From: an uncultured Acidobacteriota bacterium
GTDB lineage: Bacteria > Acidobacteriota > Thermoanaerobaculia > Multivoradales > UBA5704
DNA length: 64,000 nucleotides
Assembly (NCBI GenBank): GCA_963770895.1
Contig: CAVYRF010000002.1
Location: forward strand, 4,512,001 to 4,576,000
Direction: 5' to 3'
Shown in pieces: positions 42,798 through 52,075 of the stretch. The translations under genes and the position numbers were made by a program. The notes beneath the pieces are model-generated. The model saw only the letters and a list, made by a program, of their open reading frames with translations. It did no database searches and had not been told where the DNA came from. The stretch's first letter is position 1; each line of letters opens with the position of its first letter.

Positions 42798-44057
42798 CTA
42801 GGGCAGGTTGCCGGGATGGGCGGACGGGCCGGCGGCGGGGGTGCCGGCGGCGGTCGGGGCCCAGGCGTAGCCTTTGCGGGTGCGCAGCTTGAGGTCGGGA
42901 TTGGCGGTGGTGACCTGGACCTGCTGGAAGCCGGCGCTGCCGGCGGGGTGCTCGCTGCGGTAGCTGAGCAGGTAGTAGCCGTTGTTCTCGGTCGAGATGT
43001 CGGTCAGGGCGGTGCGGAAGTTGGTGAAGTTGTAGAGGTATCGCCCGCCGGTTTCCGTGGACAGCAGGTTGAGCGAGTTGGCCATGACGTGCTCGGTGCC
43101 GGGGAGCACCTCGTCCACCGAGTAGACGGCGACGTTGTTGCTGTTGAGCGCTTCCATCGTCGGCGTGTAGTAGCGCGGATCGGGCACGTATTGGGCGAAC
43201 GGGTTGATGTGGCCGAAGCCGTTGGTGAACATCACCAGGTTTTTGCGCGCGGCGATGGCGCCGGCGGAGCGCGCCAGGGTTTGCAGCGCCTGGTAGATGG
43301 TGGGCGTCTGGTCGCGCAGCTCGTTGCCGTGCGGCAGGCCGCGCAGCAGCGACGGCGCGGCGTCGGTCGCGGGCGGCATGCGCGACGGCCAGGTGTTTTC
43401 GACCTCCTTGCCGGCGACCGCGGCGTCGATGCCCGCGCCCAACTGCGTGCGGTCGCGGGTGAAGTCCTGGTGCACCTTGAGCTTGGTGTCGTAGCTGAGC
43501 ACCGCCACCCAGTCGTTGGGCAGCAGCTCGTGCGCCACCCACTCCTTGGCGAAGCGGCCGGCCTGCACCTGCTGCGTCAGCAGCGCCGGGATCTCCACCG
43601 CGTTGACCTTCTGGTCCTGGAAGAGCAGCAGGAAGTAGCGGTCCTCGGGCACCTGATCGATGCGCAGGCCCTTCTTGGCCAGCACGTCGGAGCCTTCCAG
43701 GCTGCGGCGGTTGCTGTAGAAGGTGACGCCGGTCAGCTCGACCGGCTTGCCGTTTTCGCGCACCACGAAGTCCGGCTTGCCCAGCCCGACGATGACGTGG
43801 CCCGCGGGGTCGGTGACCAGCACGTCCAGCAGCACCTCCCGCACCTCGATCGCCTCGCCGAAGCGCGGGGTCTCAGCCGTCGGGGCGGCCGCCGCGGCGG
43901 GCTGCGGCTGGGCCGCGGCCGGGGCGATGACCGCCGCCGGCAGCATCAGCAGGGCCAGGGCCAGGGCGGCGCTGCCGGAGAGCGTGGACCGGCCGGAACG
44001 CATCGGAGCTGCGGTCGGGGTCGGAGTCGGGGTCGCGGTGGGGGGGTGGTGGTGCAT
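42798..44057 (-). CDS. acidobacterial VWFA-related exported protein
   Basis: FGEAIEVREVLLDVLVTD..GLGKPDFVVRENG, RKNLVMFTNG, ETGG, YYLLSY, LRTRKGY; AGGAGG SD. Confidence 0.88.
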   Translation of the reverse strand: MHHHPPTATPTPTPTAAPMRSGRSTLSGSAALALALLMLPAAVIAPAAAQPQPAAAAAPTAETPRFGEAIEVREVLLDVLVTDPAGHVIVGLGKPDFVVRENGKPVELTGVTFYSNRRSLEGSDVLAKKGLRIDQVPEDRYFLLLFQDQKVNAVEIPALLTQQVQAGRFAKEWVAHELLPNDWVAVLSYDTKLKVHQDFTRDRTQLGAGIDAAVAGKEVENTWPSRMPPATDAAPSLLRGLPHGNELRDQTPTIYQALQTLARSAGAIAARKNLVMFTNGFGHINPFAQYVPDPRYYTPTMEALNSNNVAVYSVDEVLPGTEHVMANSLNLLSTETGGRYLYNFTNFRTALTDISTENNGYYLLSYRSEHPAGSAGFQQVQVTTANPDLKLRTRKGYAWAPTAAGTPAAGPSAHPGNLP

Positions 44058-44097
44058 GGACCTACCTCCTGACTGCCGGCTGCCCTGGGCACAGGCC

Positions 44098-46254
44098 TTA
44101 TGGGAAGCGGCGGTAAAATCCTCCGGCTTCGGCGGTGGCGCGCAACGCCGGCGAGGGCTGATAGCGGGGACCCACGGCGCTTTCCAGGCGCTCCAGCGTG
44201 GCGATGAGGCTGGGCAGTCCCTGCTGGTCGGCCCAGCGGCAGAGGCCGCCGCGGAACGGTGGGAAGCCGGTGCCGAAGATGAGCGCCAGGTCCAGGTCGG
44301 CGGCGCTGCGCACCACCTTCTCTTCGAGGCAGCGAGCGGCTTCGTTGACCATCGGCAGCACCATGCGGTCGACCAGCGCCGACGGATCGGCGGCGGACGC
44401 GTGGGATTCGGGGTGGCCCTCCAGGCCCAGGGCCGCATAGATTCCGGGGTCGGGCTCCTGGCGCTCGCGGCCCTCGTACAGGTAGATGCCCTTGGCCGCC
44501 TTCACCCCCAGCCGTCCGTCCGCCGGCAGGCGGTCCAGCCACGTGGGGAGCTGGACGCGGTCGGCGAAGGCGTCGGCCAGGATGTGGGCGACCTTGCCCG
44601 CGACGTCGATGCCCACTTCGTCGTTGAGCGCCAGCGGCCCGATCGGCATGCCCCAATCGACCATCGCGCGGTCGACGTCTTCGATGCGGTGGCCGTCGTC
44701 GAGCAGCCAGAAGGCCTCGATCGAGTAGAACATCAGCAGGCGGTTGACCAGGAAGCCGGGGCTGTCCTTGACCAGGATGGGGGTCTTGCCCAGCTCGCGG
44801 GTGAAGGCGAACACGGTGTTGACCGCCGCCGGGTCGGCGCCTTCGGGCGCGATCACTTCGACCAGCGGCATCTTGTGCACCGGGTTGAAGAAGTGCATGC
44901 CGACGACGCGCTCGGGGTGCGGGGTGCTGGCGCGGATCGCGCCGATGGGCAGCGACGAGGTGTTGGAGGCCAGGACCGCCGCGTCGGACACGTGCTTGGC
45001 CAGCTCGGCGAACACCGCCTGCTTGACGTCGAGCTTTTCGACGATCGCTTCGACCACCAGGTCGACGCGCTTGAAGCCGCTGTAGTCCAGGGTCGGCCGC
45101 AGCAGCGCCATCTTGCGGCGCAGGCCGGGAACGTCCAGGCGGCGGCGCTTGACCTGGCGATCGAACAGGCCGGCGGCGTGCCCCATGCCGGCGGCGAGCG
45201 CGGCGTCGTTGACGTCCTTCATGCGCACCGGCAGGTCGGTCTGGCCGGCGATCAGCTGGGCGATGCCGCCGCCCATGGTGCCGGCGCCCAGCACCGCCGT
45301 TTCGCGCACCGGCCGCGGGTCGCCGCCGGGCAGACCCGGCTCGCGCTTGGCGTCTTCCGACAGGCGGAAGACGTGCATCAGGTTCTTGGCAACCGGCGAC
45401 GGCGCCAGGTCGGAGACGGCGCGCGCTTCGGCGTCGAAGCCGGCGCTTTCGCCGTGTTCGACCCCCACCCGCACCACCTCGATGGCGCGCAGGGCCGCCG
45501 GATAGTGGCCGTGGGTCTGCTCCAGGGTCTTCTTGCGCGCCTGGTCGAAGACGATGTGGCGGCCGATGGGGTTGCCCTCCAGCAGCGCGCCGCGCAGGCC
45601 GCCCGGACGCTTGCGCTCGTCGCGGCGGGGGGGCGCCGCCAGCACGCGCTCGCGCGCGAAGTCACGCACCAGGTCGAGGAAGCGCGCGTCGGGGAGCAGC
45701 GCGTCGACCAGCCCCATTTTGAGCGCCTGACGCCCGGACACCATCTTGCCGGTGAGGATCATGTCGAGCGCCGCGGCGATGCCGACCCGCGCCGGCAGGC
45801 GCGTCGAACCTCCCCAGCCCGGCACGATGCCCAGCCGGACTTCCGGCAGGCCGATGCGGGTCGCGGCGCTGTCGCTGGCCACGCGCCAGGTCGAGGCCAG
45901 AGAGATCTCCGTGCCGCCGCCGACCGCGACGCCGCGGATCGCCGCCACGGTGGGGAAGGGGAGCGCCGCCCAGGCCGAAAACAGGCGGTGGCCGACGCGC
46001 GACCCCGCTTCGGCTTCGACCGGGTCGGTGACGCGCGCGATTTCGTCGACGTCGGCGCCGGCGATGAAGCCGTTGGGCTTGCCCGACAGCAGGATGAGGC
46101 AGCCGATGTCGCGCCGCGCCGCCACTTCATCCAGAACCTGCTCCAGCTCGACGATGGCGGCGCGCCCGAAGACGTTGACCTTCTTGTCCGGCAGGTCGAA
46201 GGTCAGCGTTGCCAGACGGTCGTCTCCGACCTGCAGACGGAAGATGGGTGCCAC
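44098..46254 (-). CDS. fadJ: fatty acid oxidation complex alpha subunit (enoyl-CoA hydratase / 3-hydroxyacyl-CoA dehydrogenase)
   Basis: FIAGADV, GGGTE, GLPEVRLG, GAGTMGGGI, SNTSSL, GMHFFNPV, GTGFPPFRGG. Confidence 0.92.
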   Translation of the reverse strand: MAPIFRLQVGDDRLATLTFDLPDKKVNVFGRAAIVELEQVLDEVAARRDIGCLILLSGKPNGFIAGADVDEIARVTDPVEAEAGSRVGHRLFSAWAALPFPTVAAIRGVAVGGGTEISLASTWRVASDSAATRIGLPEVRLGIVPGWGGSTRLPARVGIAAALDMILTGKMVSGRQALKMGLVDALLPDARFLDLVRDFARERVLAAPPRRDERKRPGGLRGALLEGNPIGRHIVFDQARKKTLEQTHGHYPAALRAIEVVRVGVEHGESAGFDAEARAVSDLAPSPVAKNLMHVFRLSEDAKREPGLPGGDPRPVRETAVLGAGTMGGGIAQLIAGQTDLPVRMKDVNDAALAAGMGHAAGLFDRQVKRRRLDVPGLRRKMALLRPTLDYSGFKRVDLVVEAIVEKLDVKQAVFAELAKHVSDAAVLASNTSSLPIGAIRASTPHPERVVGMHFFNPVHKMPLVEVIAPEGADPAAVNTVFAFTRELGKTPILVKDSPGFLVNRLLMFYSIEAFWLLDDGHRIEDVDRAMVDWGMPIGPLALNDEVGIDVAGKVAHILADAFADRVQLPTWLDRLPADGRLGVKAAKGIYLYEGRERQEPDPGIYAALGLEGHPESHASAADPSALVDRMVLPMVNEAARCLEEKVVRSAADLDLALIFGTGFPPFRGGLCRWADQQGLPSLIATLERLESAVGPRYQPSPALRATAEAGGFYRRFP

Positions 46255-46296
46255 CGCTACGTCTCCTTTGTGCCCGCTCCCGCTGCGCCCGGAGCG

Positions 46297-48093
46297 TCAG
46301 CCGCGATGTTGCGCGTCTGCCGCGGCGTACAGCCGGTCGATCAGGTCGCCGTATTTCTGATTGATCACCCGCCGCTTCACCTTCTGGGTCGGCGTCAGCT
46401 CGCCGGTTTCCAGGGTGAACTCCGCGGGAAGCAAGTCCCAAGCCACGATCTTTTCGTAGCCCGGCAGGTGGGCGTTCACCTTGTCGACCTCCTGCTTGTA
46501 GAGCGCCCGCACCTTGGCGTCGGCCAGCAGCGCCGCCACGTCGCCGGCCGGCACGCCCTGCTTGGCCGCCCAGCCCTTCAGGTGGTCGAACTCAGGCACC
46601 AGCAGCGCCGCCAGGAACTTGCGGCGGTCGCCCAGGACCACCGCCTGGCCGATGAACGGGCTGCCCTTGAGGTCGTTTTCGATCGGCGCCGGCGCCACGT
46701 TCTTGCCGTAGGCGTTGACGATCAGCTCCTTCTTGCGGTCGGTGATGTGCAGGAACCCCTCATCGTCCACTTCGCCGATGTCGCCGGTGTGGAACCAGCC
46801 TTCGCCGTCGATCGCTTCGGCGGTGGCGTCCGGCAGGTTCCAATAGCCGCGCATGACGTTGGGACCGCGCGCCAGGATCTCGCCGTCGCCGGCGATCTTC
46901 ACTTCCACCCCCGGCACCACCTTGCCGACCGTGCCCAGCTTGACGCCGGCCTTGGAATTGGCGGAGATGACCGGCGAGGTTTCGGTCAGGCCGTAGCCTT
47001 CGTAGATCGGGATGCCGGCGCCCCAGAAGAATTCGGCGACGTCGCGTCCGAGCGGCGCGCCGCCCGACACCGCGAAGCGGAAACGCCCGCCCAGGCGCGC
47101 CTTGATCTTGCTGAACACCAGCTTGTCGGCCAGCGCCACCTTGATGCCCAGCAGGCCCGGCGGCGAAGCCAGCTTGAGCCGCCAGGGCAGCGCTTCGCGC
47201 CCCACGCCGACCGCCCAGGCAAACAGGCTCTGCCGCCACCCCGCGCTGGCCGCGACGTTTTCCTGCACGCGCGCCAGGACCTTTTCGTAGACGCGCGGCA
47301 CCGACACGAACACTTCCGGCCGCACCGTCAGCATGTCCTGCGCCACCGTCGCCACCGACTCCGCGTAGGCGATCGGGCAGGCCTGCAGGAAATAGCAGTA
47401 GTCCACGGCGCGCTCGAACGAGTGCGACAGCGGCAGGAACGAGAGCGCCAGCTGCCCCTTTTCGATCGGCAGCACTTCCAGGCCGGCGGTGATGTTGGAG
47501 GCCAGGTTGCCGTGGGTGAGCATCACCCCCTTGGGCTGGCCGGTCGTGCCGCTGGTGTAGACCAGCGTCGCCAGGTCCTCGGGTTTGACCGCCCGCGCGG
47601 TGGCTTCGAACCCCGCCACGTCGGGATCGGCGCCGCGCGCCAGCAGATCTTCGAGCGTCATCGCCCGCGCGTCGGCGCTGGCGCCGCGGATCAGCACGAA
47701 CTGCGCGACGTCCGGCAGCTCGCCGGCATGCGCCAGCAAACCCTCCAGGTGCGTCGTGGTTTCGGCAAACACCACCTTGGCGCCGCAATCGCGGGCGATA
47801 TACGCCGCCTGGTCGGGCAGCAGCGTCGGATAGATCGGCACCGTCACCGCGCCGATGCACAGGGTGGCAAAGTCCACCGTCGGCCAGTGCGGCCCGTTTT
47901 CCGCCATCAGCGCCACGCGGTCGCCGTGGCCCACGCCCAGGCCGCTCAACGCCTTGGCCAGCCGCCGCACCCGGTCCACCAGCTCGGCGGTGGACATCGG
48001 CTGGTAGCTGCCGCCAACCTTGTACAGCAGGCAGTCCGCCCGTCCATAGCCCGCGGTCTGCAAAAACAGCTCTGTAAGCGTCTTCACCACCAT
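46297..48093 (-). CDS. fadD: long-chain fatty acid--CoA ligase
   Basis: YTSGTTGQPKG, FLPLSHSFER, EGYGLTET, FHTGDIG, LTPTQKVKR. Confidence 0.94.
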   Translation of the reverse strand: MVVKTLTELFLQTAGYGRADCLLYKVGGSYQPMSTAELVDRVRRLAKALSGLGVGHGDRVALMAENGPHWPTVDFATLCIGAVTVPIYPTLLPDQAAYIARDCGAKVVFAETTTHLEGLLAHAGELPDVAQFVLIRGASADARAMTLEDLLARGADPDVAGFEATARAVKPEDLATLVYTSGTTGQPKGVMLTHGNLASNITAGLEVLPIEKGQLALSFLPLSHSFERAVDYCYFLQACPIAYAESVATVAQDMLTVRPEVFVSVPRVYEKVLARVQENVAASAGWRQSLFAWAVGVGREALPWRLKLASPPGLLGIKVALADKLVFSKIKARLGGRFRFAVSGGAPLGRDVAEFFWGAGIPIYEGYGLTETSPVISANSKAGVKLGTVGKVVPGVEVKIAGDGEILARGPNVMRGYWNLPDATAEAIDGEGWFHTGDIGEVDDEGFLHITDRKKELIVNAYGKNVAPAPIENDLKGSPFIGQAVVLGDRRKFLAALLVPEFDHLKGWAAKQGVPAGDVAALLADAKVRALYKQEVDKVNAHLPGYEKIVAWDLLPAEFTLETGELTPTQKVKRRVINQKYGDLIDRLYAAADAQHRG

Positions 48094-48243
48094 GCCGTCC
48101 TCCCGCGGACCCCGTAGGTGGGCCAGATCGCGGATTGTATCCCACGGCCGGCAGGGAGCGGCGCCGACCGGTAGCCGGTTGGGGTACAAACGGCGAGAGC
48201 GGCCATGCGGCCGCTCTCGGTCCTGCTTTGCTACCTGCTTGAA

Positions 48244-48615
48244 CTACTGCCAGTAGGGCTTGTATCCGTAGTAGGTGTAGATCGAGGTACCCCAGGTACG
48301 GTCGGCCACCTTCGGCCAGTTGCTCTTGTCGAAGCCGGGAGCGTTCTTCAACTTCTCCTTGTCGACGTCGAGCGAGAAGTGGTGACGGTTGGCGTCGAGC
48401 TTGAGCGCCTCGAAGGGGATCGCGAAGAGCTTTTCCCCCATGCCCATGAAGCCGCCGAACGAGAGGACCGCATAGGCGACGCGGCCCTTCTCGAGGTCAA
48501 GCATCAGCTCCTCGATCTTGCCAAGGTTCTCGCCACTGCGGTTGACGACTTCGTCGCCAATCATCTTGCTGGCCGAAAGGACGTTCGGACGAGCTTCAAG
48601 TGTCGTATTTGTCAT
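48244..48615 (-). CDS. PRC-barrel domain protein
   Basis: LSASKMIGDEV.N..GENLGKIEELMLD..VAYAVLSFGGFMGMGEKLFAIP; AAGGAGG SD. Confidence 0.92.
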   Translation of the reverse strand: MTNTTLEARPNVLSASKMIGDEVVNRSGENLGKIEELMLDLEKGRVAYAVLSFGGFMGMGEKLFAIPFEALKLDANRHHFSLDVDKEKLKNAPGFDKSNWPKVADRTWGTSIYTYYGYKPYWQ

Positions 48616-48722
48616 GGTGATGTGCCTCCTTGTCGTGGTCAACCGCGCAGCGCCGATCAGGCGCCTACCTCGTGCAGGTGAGTACAGGTGCTGGCGATTG
48701 CCCGTGCATCCCATTGACGGGG

Positions 48723-48738
48723 TGCACTAACCGTGCCG
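48723..48738 (-). promoter_or_regulatory. sigma54 -24/-12 promoter
   Basis: CGGCACGGTTAGTGCA (GG-N10-GC) upstream of the PRC-barrel gene. Confidence 0.55.
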
Positions 48739-48792
48739 TCGACAGACAGCCAGAGCGCGAGGGCTGGTGGCGTCCCACCCGGGCTGTCTCCC

Positions 48793-48822
48793 TTGACCCC
48801 GGCGCGGGCGGGACGGTATTCT
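48793..48822 (+). promoter_or_regulatory. sigma70-type promoter for tRNA-Pro
   Basis: TTGACC-N18-TATTCT about 80 bp upstream of the tRNA. Confidence 0.5.
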
Positions 48823-48904
48823 CCACGTTCTTGTGCGCGCAGGGGCGACCTCGTCGGTCGCGTGGTGGGGATGGGCGGTGCGCGCCAGGAATTGCGGCAA
48901 CCGT

Positions 48905-48981
48905 CGGGGCGTAGCTCAGCTTGGTAGAGCGCACGGTTCGGGACCGTGAGGCCGGAGGTTCAAATCCTCTCGCCCCGACCA
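48905..48981 (+). tRNA. tRNA-Pro (anticodon CGG)
   Basis: CGGGGCG acceptor stem, D-arm, CACGG-TTCGGGA-CCGTG anticodon arm, GGTTCAAATC T-loop, encoded CCA. Confidence 0.97.
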
Positions 48982-49141
48982 CTTCTCGAAATGGCGGCTT
49001 GCGGGACCCCTCCCGCGCCAGGCCGCCCACCTTCCTGAATCGACGTACGGATCTCCCTCCAAGTGGTCTGCTCGGCGCGGTCGCCGGCGCTCGGGTGCAC
49101 GCGGCGGGCCGGATGGGATCGGGCGGCCCGACGGCTGGCCG

Positions 49142-49561
49142 TCAGGGCGGGTCGGGGTCGATGCCGTGCACCAGCCAGTCGTGGGCGGCGCGGTCCCAGT
49201 CGGGGCGGCGGGTGGTGTCCAGGCAGCGGCTCCAGGCCAGGGTGCCGGTGTCGCGGGCCAGACGGCGGGTTTGCAGGGTGGCGATGGGGCTTTCCAGGGC
49301 GACGGCGATGCGCTCCATGCCGCGCTGCTGGCAGAGCAGGATACAGCGCTTGAGCACGGCCTGGGTGTCGGCCGGATAGGCGCGCGCCCGGCGCGAATCG
49401 ATCAGCACGCCGAAGCGGCCGCCCGGCTTGGGGAGCTTCCTGCCGAGCTCGGCCAGGAGGTCTTCGGCCTGGGCGGCGGTCAAGGGACCGCCGATGACGA
49501 TCTGCACGCCGTAGGTGGTGATCTGGACGCGCGCCGGCGCCGGTGTTCGAGATTGCGTCAT
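49142..49561 (-). CDS. hypothetical small alpha/beta protein (STAS/SEC14-like)
   Basis: FGVLIDSR..GMERIAVAL..W pattern; GAGGG SD before ATG 49561. Confidence 0.6.
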   Translation of the reverse strand: MTQSRTPAPARVQITTYGVQIVIGGPLTAAQAEDLLAELGRKLPKPGGRFGVLIDSRRARAYPADTQAVLKRCILLCQQRGMERIAVALESPIATLQTRRLARDTGTLAWSRCLDTTRRPDWDRAAHDWLVHGIDPDPP

Positions 49562-49584
49562 CGCGCCCTCTGGACAATAGACAA

Positions 49585-49636
49585 CAAGAGACCGGCCCTG
49601 GGTGAGTTTCCCCACCCGCCCAGGGGCCGGTCTTTG
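49585..49636 (-). terminator. strong hairpin with U-rich tail (terminator or attenuator)
   Basis: CAAAGACCGGCCCCTGGG...CCCAGGGCCGGTCTCTTG followed by TTGT on minus strand. Confidence 0.6.
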
Positions 49637-49685
49637 ATTGCGATTCTATGCGATGATGCTTATTTTCAGCAAATTGGCGCGCGGC

Positions 49686-51908
49686 TTACCAGACGGTACA
49701 GATGTTTTCCGAAGCGCCCGCCGTCGAAGGCGCCGCGGCGGGTGCCGCTGTCGCGGACCTGGCGCCGGGCGCGGTGCCCTGTGCCGTGGCGGTGCCCGCT
49801 GCGGACGGCAGGGGGCCCATGGGCGCCATCTTGGTGCCGGCCGTGCAGCGGAAGGCGTTGGCGAACTCGGGCATGTTGACCATGACGCCGTCGACGCGGA
49901 AGCGGCCGGTGGAGTGGGGGTTGGTGAGCACCTGCAGGCGCTCGCCTTCGGGGGTGTAGGCGGAGCACCAGACGTCGGCATAGCCCAGGAAGAAGCGCTG
50001 TTCGGGGGTGAAGCCGTCCAGCGTCTGGCGCGGTTTGCCGGCCTGGCTGGCCTCGTAGGCCCTGTAGGCGATGCGCAGGCCGCCATTGTCGGCGGTGTTT
50101 TCGCCCAGGGTGAGGCGGCCGTTGAGGTGCAGGCCCGACGGGGTGACAAAGCCGGAGTATTCGTCGGCGATGCACTGCGTGCGCTTTTCGAATTCGGCCT
50201 TGTCTTCCGGCGTCCACCAGTTGGTCAGGTTGCCCTTGGCGTCGAAGTGGGCTCCCTGGTCGTCGAAACCGTGCGTCATCTCGTGGCCGATCACCGCGCC
50301 GATGCCGCCGTAGTTGGCGGCGTCGTCGCGCTTGGGGTCGTAGAACGGCGGCTGCAGGATGCCGGCGGGAAAGTTGATGTCGTTCATCGCCGGATTGTAG
50401 TAGGCGTTGACCGTCGGCGGGGTCATGGTCCACTGCTGGCGGTCGACCGGCTGGCCGATCTTGCTCAGGCGCCTTGCGAACTCCAGGGCGTCGGCGCGCT
50501 CGACGTTGCCGGTCAGATCGCCGCGGCGGATGACCAGTTTGCCGTAGTCGCGCCAGGTGTCGGGATAGGCGATCTTGTTGGCGATGGCGGACAGCTTTTC
50601 CTGCGCCCGCTGCTTGGTCTGCGGAGTCATCCACGACAGGCTCGCGATGTCCTTGGAAAGGGTGGCTTCCAGCTCCCTCACCATTTCCAGGGTGCGCTGC
50701 TTGGCGGAGGGGTCGAAGGCCACGGCGACGAACTCGCGCCCCAGCGCATCGCCGATCGCCCGGTCGGTCTCCTCGACGCAACGTTCCCAGCGTGGGCGCA
50801 GCTGCTTGGCGCCGCTCAGCTCGCGGTCGTAGAAGGCGAAGTTCTCCTGCTCGAACGCGGGTGCCATCCACGGTGCGTATTTGTGCAGCACGTGCCAGCG
50901 CAGGTAGGTCTGCCAGGCCTCGACGGGCTCGGAGTGCAGCAGCGCTTCGACTGCCTTGGCGAACTCCGGCTGCCCCATGGTGACCGTGGTGACCGGCGGC
51001 GCGTGCAGCGCGGCCAGGTAGGCGTCCCATGAAAACGACGGCGTGAGCGCCGCCAGCTGCTGGCGGTCCATCGGGTGGTCCAGGTTGCGCGCGTCGCGAT
51101 GGCTCACCCGGTCGAGCGTCGCCCGCGCCAGCGAAGTTTCCAGCGACAGCACCGTGGTGGCGTCGGTGGCGGCGCGGTCCGCCGGCTCGCCGGCGAGCAC
51201 GAACATGCGCTGCACGTGGTCGGCGTACTGCTTGCGCTGCTGGACCGAGGCGTCGTCGGTTTTCAGGTAGTAGTCGCGGTCCGGCAGGCCCAGGCCGCCG
51301 GCGTCGACCTGGGCGACGACGCGGGTGGCGTCGTGCAGGTCCTGGCCGGCGCGCACGTTGAACAGGACGTCGATGTTCTGGGCGTTCAGCTCGCCGGAGA
51401 GCTTTGCCAGGCCGGCCGGCGAACGCAGCGCCGCGATCTTGTCGAAGTCGGGCTTGAGCGGGGCGGTGCCGGCGGCGGCAACGGCGCCCTCGTCCATGCA
51501 GCTCGAGTAAAAATCGCCGATCTTGCGCCGGTCGGTGCCCGCCGCGGCGGTCTTGATGGCATCCGACTCCAGGATCTGGCGCAGGGTTTCGCGGTTGCGG
51601 CGGGTCAGGGCGTCAAAGGTCCCCCAGCGCGCGCGGTCGGACGGGATGGGGTTTTTGGCCACCCAGTTGCCGCAGGCGTACTGAAAGAAATCGGCGCAGG
51701 GGTCGACGCGCGGGTCCAGCGACTCCAGGCTGACCGCACTGACCGCGCCGGCCGCGGACGGGACGGCGGGCGCGGTCGCCGGCGCGGTGGCGGGGGCCGT
51801 CGCGGGCGCGGTCGCCGGCGCCGCGGTGGCGGCATCGGCCGGAACGGTTGGGGCACAGAGCAGCGCGAGGGCCGCGGCCAGGCCGCAGGATGCTGCGAGC
51901 TTCTTCAT
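49686..51908 (-). CDS. M13 family zinc metallopeptidase (neprilysin/PepO-like), exported
   Basis: DPCADFFQYACGNW, VNAYY, IGHEMTHGFD, GENTADNGG; signal peptide plus ATAP repeats. Confidence 0.96.
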   Translation of the reverse strand: MKKLAASCGLAAALALLCAPTVPADAATAAPATAPATAPATAPATAPAVPSAAGAVSAVSLESLDPRVDPCADFFQYACGNWVAKNPIPSDRARWGTFDALTRRNRETLRQILESDAIKTAAAGTDRRKIGDFYSSCMDEGAVAAAGTAPLKPDFDKIAALRSPAGLAKLSGELNAQNIDVLFNVRAGQDLHDATRVVAQVDAGGLGLPDRDYYLKTDDASVQQRKQYADHVQRMFVLAGEPADRAATDATTVLSLETSLARATLDRVSHRDARNLDHPMDRQQLAALTPSFSWDAYLAALHAPPVTTVTMGQPEFAKAVEALLHSEPVEAWQTYLRWHVLHKYAPWMAPAFEQENFAFYDRELSGAKQLRPRWERCVEETDRAIGDALGREFVAVAFDPSAKQRTLEMVRELEATLSKDIASLSWMTPQTKQRAQEKLSAIANKIAYPDTWRDYGKLVIRRGDLTGNVERADALEFARRLSKIGQPVDRQQWTMTPPTVNAYYNPAMNDINFPAGILQPPFYDPKRDDAANYGGIGAVIGHEMTHGFDDQGAHFDAKGNLTNWWTPEDKAEFEKRTQCIADEYSGFVTPSGLHLNGRLTLGENTADNGGLRIAYRAYEASQAGKPRQTLDGFTPEQRFFLGYADVWCSAYTPEGERLQVLTNPHSTGRFRVDGVMVNMPEFANAFRCTAGTKMAPMGPLPSAAGTATAQGTAPGARSATAAPAAAPSTAGASENICTVW

Positions 51909-52075
51909 CGAGGTGTCTCCTCTTTCGGTTGGTCGACGACCTTGTTCGATCGCAGGAGCCGGGGCGCGCGGCGGTTGCGGGTCGAGGCTCGAAGAGCCTA
52001 TCCTACGGCAGCACCTTGCAGCTCAGGAGCGCATCCGGCCGGCTTTTTTGGGCAAGGTCGGCCCGCGAGGATCGA

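Noticed and set aside
43723-48117. 1464-aa plus-strand ORF and many other long antisense or alternative-frame ORFs
   Set aside because: Shadows of well-supported genes in very high-GC DNA; no family motifs
48905-49140. tRNA-Pro as an integration site
   Set aside because: No integrase or duplicated tRNA 3' end seen; downstream genes have host-like composition
51770-51830. ATAP repeats at the M13 peptidase N-terminus
   Set aside because: Ordinary low-complexity linker after the signal peptide
52005-52020. sigma54-like site upstream of MCP1 (CGGCAGCACCTTGCA)
   Set aside because: GG-to-GC spacing is 9 nt, not the required 10
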